Origin: Leidyana gryllorum EB-2025a
Taxonomy: Eukaryota; Protista; Apicomplexa
Direction of reading: 5' to 3'
Assembly (NCBI GenBank): GCA_048772705.1
Contig: JBLWGC010000115.1
Coordinates: 63,728 to 127,727, forward strand
Length of the DNA: 64,000 nt
Both the position numbers and the translations under genes were made by a program. Positions 23,581-36,944 of the stretch are shown piece by piece (the first letter of the stretch is position 1; each line of letters starts with the position of its first letter). The notes under the pieces are model-generated. The model saw only the letters and a program-made list of their open reading frames with translations, was not told the DNA's origin and did no database searches.

Positions 23581-25004
23581 TTAGCATGCGCCTCGTTTGG
23601 AGGTGCGTGAGTCCAGAAACTCTTGTCTGCTAATCGCCAAGTCATTGTAGTGCGACAGTGCCCACAAACGAGCACCTCTACGTAGTAGCAATAATCTGAA
23701 GTCGTCAACTTGAGCCACTTACTGCCAAACTGTGTGACTTTGATCCCCATTCGTCATGTGCAGAACCAGAGGCCACGAACTCGGGGTCACCCATCGTAAC
23801 TCATTCCATAACCGACTGATCAGTCCTTCCGTGTTGGCTATACCGCCTCCGACCAGCACGCTGGAGACCAAACTCTTTTGAAGTATCGGAGGAGCGCCGA
23901 AGATGGCATGCCGCACTGTCTCCATGATGCCGCCCACTCGTCGCACCCTTTCTGAGCTCACAGCAGTACCCATAAATCTCGCCGCCCATGTGTCGGTGAC
24001 ACGGATCAACGAATGTGATTCTTTATTGGTGGCGGTGAGATCGCCATTGATGGTGAGCTGAGGGTGGAAGAGCAACTCGGGTATTACAACGGCTTCTCGT
24101 CGTCCCTCGGTCCCCTCAGCTTCGCCCTCGTGGAATTTGGCTGTGGAGTTGGCAGACTTTATCTCCTCCAGCATGTCTTGAGCAACGCGACATCGGAGTT
24201 TTCTGATGTTCTCAATGTGCAGATCGCAGTGTTCCATCTTTGCATCTCGGAAGCAAATCACTCGACGCAACTCGTCATCGAGGTGTCGTCCTCCCACCGG
24301 CATCCTGAAGGCGGCGTAATCTAAACATATACCTCGAAAAAACGGAACAGCCCAACTGCCAGAGTAACCCAAGTCAATGCAGAGCTGTGCTGGCTCAGGA
24401 GTGTGTATCTCTGGGGAACTGGACCACGCCTGATATATGAGGGGGTGTCCCGCTTCTGGATGATCTACAGAGTAATCAATTATATAGGTATTGCGGTCCG
24501 CAGACAATTGCACATTTTGGATCCTCAAAGTGTCTTCATGACGAGGGAACGCGTGGATGAGAGCACTTTGTGAGGTTACGAAGGCGCAACTTCGGAAACC
24601 GAATTCGTCAAAGACGAGTTCTTGAAGTAGTCGTCTACATGTGTAGGGGCTGCCCAAAGACTCCGTTATGCACAAGTCAACAGTCGACGGTTCCTGCAGT
24701 GTACAGTCAGTTCACAGTCCAGCAAAAGTGTCACACATACTTTGTTCCCCAGTACTTTGGCAAAGGTTTGCCGCCAAATCTGAATCTGTTGAGTGGGGTT
24801 AGTCAATATTCCTGCCTGGATAGGCCTAAGCACATTGTAGGTTTGCAGAGCTTTGATTGCATCAGCTCCAATCGCTAACTTGCTGGTGTTCTTGCGTGAC
24901 TGACCGAGTGCATTCGGTATCACCAGTCTGGGCGTGGGCTCGTTAGCCCAACCTGCCTTGATGTAGCCCCCACCATTATCTACCACTAATATGGAGGGCC
25001 TCAT
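23581..25004 (-). CDS. ARP6: Actin-related protein 6 (introns near 24.7 kb and 23.7 kb)
   Basis: LVVDNGGGYIKAG..PRLVIPN, LLQELVFDEFGF, IDLGYSGSWAVPF, VIPELLFHP, VLVGGGIANTEGLISRLWNELR. The last exon reads QGARLWALSHYNDLAISRQEFLDSRTSKRGAC* after a 45-nt intron. Confidence 0.85.
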
Positions 25005-25017
25005 TAAAATTTTGCTT

Positions 25018-25783
25018 TCAGAGATTCTCAGTGAGTTTGGAGAAGGTTTCGGTGCACACTGTGTCTATCACATCCACTTCGGTTACTAACTCACATCGTT
25101 GTATTACCATCTTGGCAGCTACAGCAGTTGCCCAGTCGCCAGCCTTCACCCATACTCTGCCAAAAACATAGATCCAATCCATACCAACACCGTCCCACCT
25201 GCCATTTTTCCCTACCGCCACCTCGTACGCGGCCGTCGCCCCAATTACAGTCAGCACAGTGCAGTAATCTCCCAGCAGTCTGCAGAGAAGCGAGCGTTTC
25301 GAACCGTCAGACACTCTTAACGACTTACGTGGATGCATAGGCCAGCGAAACATCGAATGTCAGCCCTCCCTTCAACAGCCCCAGATAAGTTTCACCGCTG
25401 GTCCAACTCTTGGGATCGTCAACGCTTATGCATGTCAGGGATATATCATGATGCTCAGTCGCGCAAGAGATAGCACATAGCACCACGTCTCCAACATTGA
25501 GGTTAGGGCCGTGATGACGAGTCGCGTTCATGAACGCCATGCAGTTCAGGTGACCCTCTTGGGCCGCATTTATATCCACACGCCATCCTTCGGCGTACTT
25601 GACGGTTATTATTCCCACTACAATATCTCCCAACTTGGGTGTGTAGCGCTTAGCAGTTGTGAGACTTTCGAGTCCATACGGATGGTGGGAGGCCTCTTGT
25701 CTAAAACATGCCTGCCGCACAGGGTCTTCAGAGCCTGTTTGACTCCCTATCTTTCCTTGGCAGTCTCCCGGCAATCTCGCCAT
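25018..25783 (-). CDS. RRP40: Exosome complex component RRP40 (one intron ~25282-25329)
   Basis: KRYTPKLGDIVVGII..WRVDIN..LNCMAFMNATRHHGPNLNVGDVV..LGLLKGG and YEVAVGKNG. Confidence 0.9.
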
Positions 25784-25819
25784 CTCTTTTTTTGAGACCT
25801 ATTTTCATCCTTCTCCACC

Positions 25820-27006
25820 ATGAACAGGAACGTCTATGACACCGACTGTGTGACCTGGAGCCCCCAAGGCAGAATCTTTCAAATCGAGTATGCCACCGAG
25901 GCCGTCAAACAGGGGAGCTGTGTAGTCGGTGTGAGAAGTAAAACTCATGCGGTGAGACAGAGACGCCCGCGGCCTATTACTTGATGTTCAGGTGCTGTGC
26001 GCCTTACGGCGGTCGGTTTCAAAGCTCGCCGAGTATAATGCCAAGCTCCTGAAGGTAGACGAACATGTTGGCGTTACGTTCTCAGGCATTACGGCCGATG
26101 CGAGTAAGCAATGAGTCCAATAGTGTGTCTTACCGACCTTCTCTAGACTTAATCGTGCGCGGACTCCGTAGTGATTGTTTAAATCACCGATACATCTACG
26201 AGGAGGACGTTCCTGTCGAGCGTCTGCTCCACAAGTTCTCCAGCAGTAAGACGGCTAATGCGGCGGAATTACTATAATCGATCTTCAGAGGCACAGCAAA
26301 ATACACAAATGATGGGAAAGAGGCCATACGGCGTTGGTTTACTGGTTGCTGGACATGATGTGAGTAACAACCACTCCGTCTGACTCATATCTGCCTAACT
26401 TTAGCACACTGGCCCTCATATCTACGAAACCAACCCAAGTGGGGACTTCGTTGAGTATTTTGTAAGTTCTGCGCGGGCGCAAGCTTATGATGCTTGGTTT
26501 GACTTTATGTGCTGGGTACATCTTTCACTTATTTGAAGAAGGATGCTTCTATGGACATGACTTTTACTTCCTGGACGTGTAGCCTGCTTAGCTGAGCGTG
26601 ACTTGATGCGCACATCGAAGTCGGCTCAGCTCTTAGCATGTGTGCTGTTGCGTGTGCACTGTCATGTGGGTTCATTGGTGAATCGGTGCCTTTTTGCAGG
26701 CTACTGCATTCGGGGCGAGATGTCAAGCTGCGAAGACCTTCCTCGAAAATGAAGCTGACAACTTCCCCAATGCCACCCCCGACCAACTAGTGAACTTTGC
26801 TCTCCGAGCATTGGCTGCGACAGTCGCTGCTGATACCGAGTTGGTCGGCGATGCTCTCCACTGTGGGATTGTAGGCGACCAGACGCCTTGGAGAGGTGAG
26901 TCATTGGGCGACTTAAAGCGAAATCAAAAGCTCATCAGTGCTAGAAGCGTCGGAACTCGATGCTAAATTGCAGGAGTTGAACCTGGTTCGCTCGAGTTCT
27001 TCTTAG
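25820..27006 (+). CDS. PSMA1: 20S proteasome subunit alpha type-1 (alpha6/Pre5); multi-exon
   Basis: [69 protein letters not shown]|[16 protein letters not shown]. Confidence 0.93.
26477..26611 (+). ncRNA. Intronic box C/D snoRNA candidate in the 238-nt proteasome intron (26462-26699)
   Basis: C box ATGATG 26487-26492, D box CTGA 26592-26595, flanking complementarity (GCGCAAG / CTTGATGCGC). GACTTTTACTTCCT (26559-26572) is antisense to the conserved 18S sequence AGGAAGUAAAAGUC. Confidence 0.7.
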
Positions 27007-27086
27007 AGTAGTATACCCAGATAGAACAGCGGGAGGGTACAAAAAGACGGCTGGGAAGTGGCCGAAATTTTCTTTGGGGTTAGCCC

Positions 27087-29454
<2,368 letters not shown>

Positions 29455-29528
29455 TCGCTCTTTTTTTGGTCGTAGCTACCGATTAGCAGAAACTCCCTCC
29501 AAAAAAAACACTACTAGCATGGAAAAGA

Positions 29529-30185
29529 ATGCACTTTCTCGATTGTAATCCAACATGGCCCGGGCTGCAAGTGTGCTACCAATATGTCAGAGGCGGAAGT
29601 CGTGAACTGAGTGCCAGGATCGCGGCCAGTAATGGAGAGCTGCAGTGCTCAGGCATCTTCCAGCCGGACGGAGTCTCGCTGGCCGTACCGCACCTCGAGG
29701 TTCCATTCATATTCCGTGCAGACAGGGTGAGTGGACTATATATTGGCGCTGACTAACGATATGTGATGGGACACGTTTAGATAGTGGCACTGGAGCAAAT
29801 CCAAATCGCTATTCTGAACGCTCTGGACGCTAGCGCTCAAAGGACGAACAGACTGAAAACATTCAAAAGTGAAGTTTTCTCCAGACTCTCTAACGACTGG
29901 GGTATCGCCGAAGCTTGCAACTTCTTCGGCTCTGATCCGGATGTGTCGCCGTACTCCCTGTTCGTTGTACTCTATAGTTGCCCCAAAAGTGAGGATATGA
30001 GCGAGCGTGGGGCTGGGGTCGTGCGAGAGAGCCTGAAAGAGGACTTTGAAGGTGTTGAGCAATTGCCTGATATTCTGGATAAAAGTGCACTAATGAAACA
30101 TTACAAAATAAAACCTGTAGAAGTGTCTTTGCGTGGTGGACTGGAGGCCGCAGTTTTGTCAAGAATATCTACAAAAGGCATTTGA
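29529..30185 (+). CDS. CGI121: KEOPS subunit CGI121/TPRKB (intron 29727-29780)
   Basis: [55 protein letters not shown] matches the CGI-121 pattern. Confidence 0.8.
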
Positions 30186-30189
30186 TTCC

Positions 30190-31271
30190 ATGGTTGTGCT
30201 CATTACTCCGGGCGTGTTTTCTGCTGTGCGTCTTGTGCCACCGGCGTTAATTGCTCTCGCCACTGACACCCCAGACGATGTACGCCAAACCAGAGTTTTT
30301 GAACCTACGGCTGAGTATATAGTGGGACTCGAAATTCCGGCCGGGGTGGAGCAAAAGGAGAAGCACTGGTATGGCTACACTGGCGAGCTGAGCCCGTCCA
30401 CGGAGAACGTGAACGGCGGCGAAAGCCCAAAAGAGGCTGAGTACTTCGAGGAGGGAGACGCCATCCCCCTGACAGCGTGTGGGAAGATTTGGAGGGACCA
30501 TGGGAAAGACATTATTGTCAAGCTTCAAGCCCAGGCTGGCTCAGCCCCCCTGACTGACACTGGTCTGACGAAGGTTCACCGCAAAATCTACGAGTCGACC
30601 ATTCAGGCATTGGACGCCCGCGTTTTGGGCATCAAGCGTTGCGACGAGTGCTCGGTGGCCATGTTTGACTCGTGGACTTCCTTTGACAAGATGCTCATGT
30701 GCCTCGATCCCTGGACCGTGGAGGGTGTTTCTCAGTCGGCTGAGAGTTTGAAGGCCAGACATGCGGCTCTCCAGCAAGCAGTGGCAGAGACGGCCGAAAT
30801 CTTGCGAAAGAACATCAAGGGACTTCTCACGGATTGGATTCCGGCAGTGACCATTGTGCAGAAAGCAATGGACAATCGCGAACAGTACAAACAGGGCGAT
30901 CAGGTTGTGCTATTACTGGAACATTTTGTGCCCTGGCGCGAACATTTGTACAACATTGAAGACGAGAACAACATCACAGAAGAAGCTGACCAAGCCAAGT
31001 GGGTCGTTTTCCAAGACGACCGCAGCGGCCAGTGGAGGGCTACGGCCCCAGCGAAGCGCGGCGAACGTTTCGCCAACAGGGCGTTGCTACACGAGGATCT
31101 TCGAGGTTTACGCGATGATGAACTCGTGGCGAAATCGGGAATCGAAGGGGCCAATTTTGTTCGTAAGTACATTCTCTCAAATCATTCAATCGTCTTCCAG
31201 ACCACAGCGGCTTCACGGGAGGGGCAGCCTCCCTTGAGAGTATGTTGAAGCTCATCGCTTACGGCCATTGA
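30190..31271 (+). CDS. MYG1: MYG1 (UPF0160)-like protein, probably catalytically degenerate (intron ~31163-31200)
   Basis: LTACGKIWRDHG, IYESTIQALDA, WIPAVTIV, VPWREHLYNIE, WRA..FANRALL..LRGLRDDELVAKSGIEGANFVHHSGFTGG. Confidence 0.8.
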
Positions 31272-32708
31272 TGCAATTTGACTGGGATGAAAGTCCCATC
31301 GCGGGCCACCTCGATACTCTCAATGTGGTTCCAAGATGGGGTATCATTGGGCTCAGAGATAGTTGATAGCATTTTTCGTACCACATTAGGTCGAAAACTC
31401 ATGTCATCAGCAGACCTTCCATCATACTTGTACGGTGTGTGTCTTCCGCTCCTGATCGCGGGCAGGATGTCACTGTCCAGAACTTCGTTCACCCAGGCAC
31501 GATCTGGTCGACAAGCAAAACCAACCAAATACGTATGTCGAGGTCTCCATCTCTTTCAAAATAGCTATGCCCGTCAATTTGTCATCCGTGTAGCTCACCT
31601 TGATGAATTCCACGGCTTCTTGTACACATATATGGCTATAGTGTGGTTTATCGTAGAATAGCGAGTCAAGTACCAAAACCTGCGGGACAACTCGGCATGC
31701 ACAGAATGCCAATTCACTACCTTAAACGGAACAAGCGAGTCAATGAACTGCAGAGTCTGCAGCGGAAACTCCGACACATCTGAAACATATACAATACGCT
31801 CGTAGCCGGTCCCGAAAACATAGCCGAGGCTGATGTACTGTGCGCCGTGGTACACGGGCAGGAGCCGCACACTTAGATCGACTAGACGAGGTGTATCAAT
31901 CTCCAGCAGAGCCCCGACTAAGGACATTTCCGAATGGTCAATTTCACTTAACACCTGCTTTCGTTCTGGGTCCTCGTCGATGACCTCAAAAGAGACCATT
32001 GCTACCCGACGCTCCGCTGGTTTCACCTTCAATGAGGCTTCGACTGAGTGTGTTGTAATGCGCTCATGTAACCAATTGTGCGGCTTAATCAGCAGATTAC
32101 CTATGTACCCAAATGCTTTCTTGACCTGTTTCATCGTTTGACGTGTCAGATAGACGGGTAGCTTGTTGACAGCTGCGTATATTGGATTGCCATCTGCACC
32201 GGGCTTGGCCGTGAAGCCGCCTTGCACGTCACGCAGGTCATCCAATCCTCCTACAGCGTCGGCATGATCATGGGAAAGCATCAACTGAAGTCAAGCCGCC
32301 GTCTTTACAAGTGCCATCATTGGGCATATCCGCCATACCGCGTCGATGTGGGATATTGCAAACTTGGGAAACCATCTTAATACAGAGCTACGAAATGTCT
32401 TTCCGACATCCAGCAAGAGATGTCCGTCTCTCTCAGCTGGATCCTGCTGAGCCAACACCACCAGACCACAAATATTGTCTCTCCGATTGGGATGGTTTGG
32501 ATCGGCATAGGCCGATGCACACACTCTATGTCGAACTCTGGATCATTCTATTGTTTAGCACTCACTCGCAACGGCGTTCCCCGTCGGGCAAGTCGTGGTA
32601 TCGGTTAGCTACGGTGGTCAATACATGGTGTAACTGAGGCACAGCTGAGCTGGGACCGGTGCCAAGGAGGATGATACCACTTCGACACTCATTGTGCTGC
32701 CCTGACAT
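31259..32708 (-). CDS. Metallo-beta-lactamase-fold hydrolase (PhnP-like); multi-exon
   Basis: IILLGTGPSSAVP, NRRDN, LLDVGKTF, LSHDHADAVGGLDDLR, LPVYHG..SLGYVF..YVSDVS, VARDG. Confidence 0.88.
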
Positions 32709-32755
32709 ATGCGACAGAAAAAAAGATAAAAGTGACTAGGTGCGAGGGGGTGAAG

Positions 32756-35700
32756 CTACTCCTCATCCGGGAAGGGGTAATCTTCTTCCTCATACACTGA
32801 ATATTTGAGGTCTGCTTGGTCTACCATCAAATACTCACCTCCAGAGTCATCAATGAAGTCATCTTCTGTCTGTCCACCTCGTCCACCCCGAGTCCCTCGT
32901 TTCTTTTGTTGTGATTCCGGCACGTACTGCGGTATACTCAGCGCAATGTCCTCCGCCTCTTGTTGGAGAACACGGCCAACCTTTTCCTCGCGCTGACGAG
33001 CCAGCACTTCCATCCTCATCCTTTCATCCTTGCGTCGCTGTTCTTCTTGAGCCTCTAATTGCTCATTTCGGAGTCGCATCTGTTGCTTTTCGTGTTCCTC
33101 TTTCTCGAGCTTCTCATTGACTAAGGGTTCGACCTCTCGGAGTTTGCGCACTAGCGGAGCGATCTCCCACTCTATAACTCTTTTGATGTGCTCATCACGT
33201 GGCATTCTTTCAAGCTCGTTGAGCGAGGCGATCTCATCCTCTCCCCGGCTGGACGGTATCCGTGGTGGGTTCTCTTTACGGAAACAGCGAGCGGGCCAAG
33301 GTAACAAGGCCAGACTTACTGGAAAGTCTTGTGTCACGAGCTCGTGGATGTTGAAGTCATACGGATTCTTATAGGTTAGTGAGGCCTTTCTCTCGTGGCC
33401 TGAAGGATCCCGCGCGGCCCATTGTTTCTTGGCTCTGACTTTGTCCCGCATGAGTGACTGCCAGTATTCCTGAACATCCTGAGCCTCACGAATGACGCGT
33501 CGCAGATGCTCAAGATCTTTCAGATCCTCTTTGCGCTCTGTCAATTGAACCAGCGAGAGTCTGCGGACGTTAGCCAAGGCGTATCGCTCCAGCAAAGTGG
33601 GTCCCTTCATCCTTTCCCAACCAGTCGGTACCGGGACGTCCTCGAGCTTCCCAGTGGTGGCTCGCTTCTGCAGTATCTCCAGTGCTCTGGTGAGATATGG
33701 CTCGATGATCCGAGCCAACATACCACTTTGCACGACACTTCCCAACTCCACCAGGAATCTGATAGACTCCACCAAACCGGCGGGGTTTATCCCCGCGCTC
33801 ACTTCCGCAGTTGTAGCCTCGTCTCCTCGGGGAGTCAGGATCGCATACCCGACCGTGGCTGCCGCGAGGTCGACCGCTGTTTCGATTCCCTTTTGCAGCT
33901 TTGCTGCATGGGTTGACGGGGGTTTACGTGTGGTGGCTAGATACAGTGCTGACTCTTGTACCATCACAAGGTCGATCAGTGGTCTGTCGAGTATATGGGC
34001 GGCATGCTCGATTTTCTCGCTGATGAGGCGGAGAATTTTCGCAGCGGCCACCATTTGGTCAAGTTCGCGACAAGCTCGACTCACAAGCCAAATCGCTCGC
34101 CAATTGGTCGGGTCATTTCGGATAGCGCTTCGGCCCAGATCTCTCGCTTCTTGGAACAACACTCTACTGTTACTCCGTTGGGATTGAGAGCTTCGTCCAC
34201 CGTCGCCTCCCCGTTGCTGTCGCGACTTGTCTCGCTCCTCCTGCAGTTTCCGCCGTTGAGCCCGCAAGTACAGACAATATGCCTGGATAGTAATGATCCG
34301 ACTTTTGATGGATGCAGGCATTGGTAGAGCGGTCGGATCCGAACTAAGTCTCATTGAGTCTTGACGGAGGTATTTGTCGAACAATTCCTTCGTCTTATCG
34401 GAGAAGCAATCCATACTCACTCCTTGGCGGTTGAGATAGATTATCTCGATACATTGTGCATAATGTTCCCATAGTTGTTTGTCATTGCCACCGTTTGCCT
34501 GAAGCTCCGAGTTGATGATGGACAATAACCTTTCCCCCAACTGGCGGGCTGTCAGCAGTCCTCCCTTCAACTGATACGACAATGCTCTAATTAACATGAA
34601 CTCTCGACGACGGACCAGATTACCGCCACCATTGGGAGCCCCAGCTAGTTTCTTGATCCTACTATGTAACTCGTCGTACATCCCACCACAGCACAAAGCG
34701 GTCAGCGAGCACAGTTCCACATTCTCCAGCAGGTGCTGATAGTCGCGAAGAAGCAACTGCTCTGGCGTCTCATTGGGCATCGCGTCGGCGTCCAACTTGG
34801 TGTCCTGGGACGGCGGCACCAGGGACTTGTGATGGTTCAGGAACGTCTTGACAGTGACCTTAAGCAGACTGAGCGTTTTGAAAGCAGCCTCGGACCGCCC
34901 AGTGGCACTTTGTAACGTGGCAAACTGAGTAAAGTATGAAACGGGGACGCTCCTTCTGGCCAGTAAGTAGCTGACAATGTCCTCATCATTCCATTGGTCG
35001 ACACTCTCCCTAACGGCACTTTCCTCGGAATCCTCGGTGATGACCTCTGGCAAAGCTTTCATCGCGGCGGCTCTAACCTTCGCAACGGGCGAAGCTCTTA
35101 CACACGTCTTGAGAATACCCTTCAATGTTTCGTAGGCCGGCTCGCCACACGATTTGTGGCCTGCCACACTGAGTGCTTCGAGGCCATACAGTTGGAGCCG
35201 CATCAAACCGACGTTCTTCTGTATGACAGAAGAATTGTTCCTGAACATCTCCAGCAGCTCCTCCGCTGACACCACCTGTCCGCTCTGTGTATTTGCAACC
35301 ATGGAGTGAGCGAGCAAACTCTTGACTCCCAGTGAGACACTGGTTCCCCGCATGCCGAAGGCGCAACGTCGTAACAGCGGGGCTCCATTGGCTTTGGCCG
35401 AACTCAATTGTCCTCTCGCCGCGAGACATCGAATTAAGCCAAGTCGGGCCCCACTGGTGAGGGTATAGTGGGAGAAGGAGAGAAAAGTCGCCCTTACTGT
35501 TGCGCAGAAGAATGACTGAGACTCGCCCGATACTCCTCCAAGGCAACGTCGTCGCGCCCTTGTTCATGCATTGCGCGGCCGTTCTGATAACTGGAAGAAG
35601 AGATGAGAAACGGACGCGGATAGACTCACAATAACTCCGCTAACAGGAACTTGTGATTGAACTCCAGCCCAGACTCGCCAACCCGACTTCTCTTTGCAGC

Positions 35701-36907
35701 CGGAGGCCCACTCAGACACATCTCCTGCGCAGTGTTGAGTACCTTCTTTGCCTCTGGATGGAATCCTGCATCGCTCAGAACGTCCGAGAGTGCGAGACAA
35801 GCGGCGGGAGTGGATGGTACCTCGAGACTTGTGTCTATTTTCTCCATGAACTGATGTCATCATAAAAGTTGGGATGACAGATTTAGGCGGCGCGAGTTAC
35901 CTCAGGATCGATGTCTCGCGTCAGCCAGAGTAAGTCGCGAAGACCCTCAATATCCTTGACGGCTTGCGGGTCGAGCATTTTGCCCAAGTTCAACTGACAA
36001 ATGGCTGGGGGGGTGGGAATTGGAGACACGCGACGGTAGCGTTTGGCTTACCCTGTACTTCGAGCAGAAGATCACGGACAGTCTGCTGCATTGGGGTTTT
36101 GCGTTTACGCTGGTTTGCAAATTCAGCTTCAATGCAGGACACCACCTGCTGATAATTTCCCTCGGCACAATTGACTGCTGCTTGTCCAAACTGAGCCCCA
36201 CCGATCCCCGGCCGTTTATGATTGGCGATTCCGAATAAGACTTGCGCCTTTTCCAACAATCGCACGGTCTCAGATGTGGCACTTTCCTGTTTGTGAACTT
36301 GCAGATATGCAACTTGAGCGAGGTACAGCAGCCCATTGAGAACGACAACTTGAGCTGCCGCCGTGACGGTGGACGTTCGATTGCCTCCTTCCACTTTAAT
36401 CCACTCATCCAGTTTGTTTCTCGTTCTGGAGCTTTTCGGTGGCTCTTCAGAGTCTAATGTCGGGAGGAGCATGATTTCTCTGTGGAAATCATAATTTGTC
36501 AGCACTCTACTGACCTCAGTCACACCGCCCAAAGTCACCAGCAATCTATTGACACTCTTCTTTGCCGTAGTTAGTTTCTCATTCCAGTTCTCGTCTGATT
36601 CACACCTATGTATACTCAATAATAACTGGTCGATTGCCAGCACCGAGCCACATAGAAGCAGCTGGAAGAAATCTAGGATGGAATCCCCCTTGGGCCTCTT
36701 CGATTCCAATACGGAGCGCTCAACAAGAAGCAACGCTTCACTTGTTCTACCAACTTCTTGCAAGGCTGTTAGCAGCGCCAGACGGGCACGTAAAGGCAAT
36801 TGGATGTCTACACCGTCCGCAGTCAATTCTTCAACGATATTTGCATTGTCCAAATCAACTTGGAGGATCCTGTCAAGGGTGAGTGGGAGTTGGAGTTCGA
36901 CCCCCAT
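32756..36907 (-). CDS. CTR9: Large helical/TPR protein, probable PAF1-complex subunit CTR9; multi-exon
   Basis: N-terminal VELQLPL..LQVDL..LRARLALL, TPR-like helices, and a C-terminal E/R/K coiled coil followed by KKRG..DDFIDDS and an acidic tail. Confidence 0.55.
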
Positions 36908-36944
36908 CGCCCAAAAACCCCTAAAATCCCCCAAAGAAAACACA

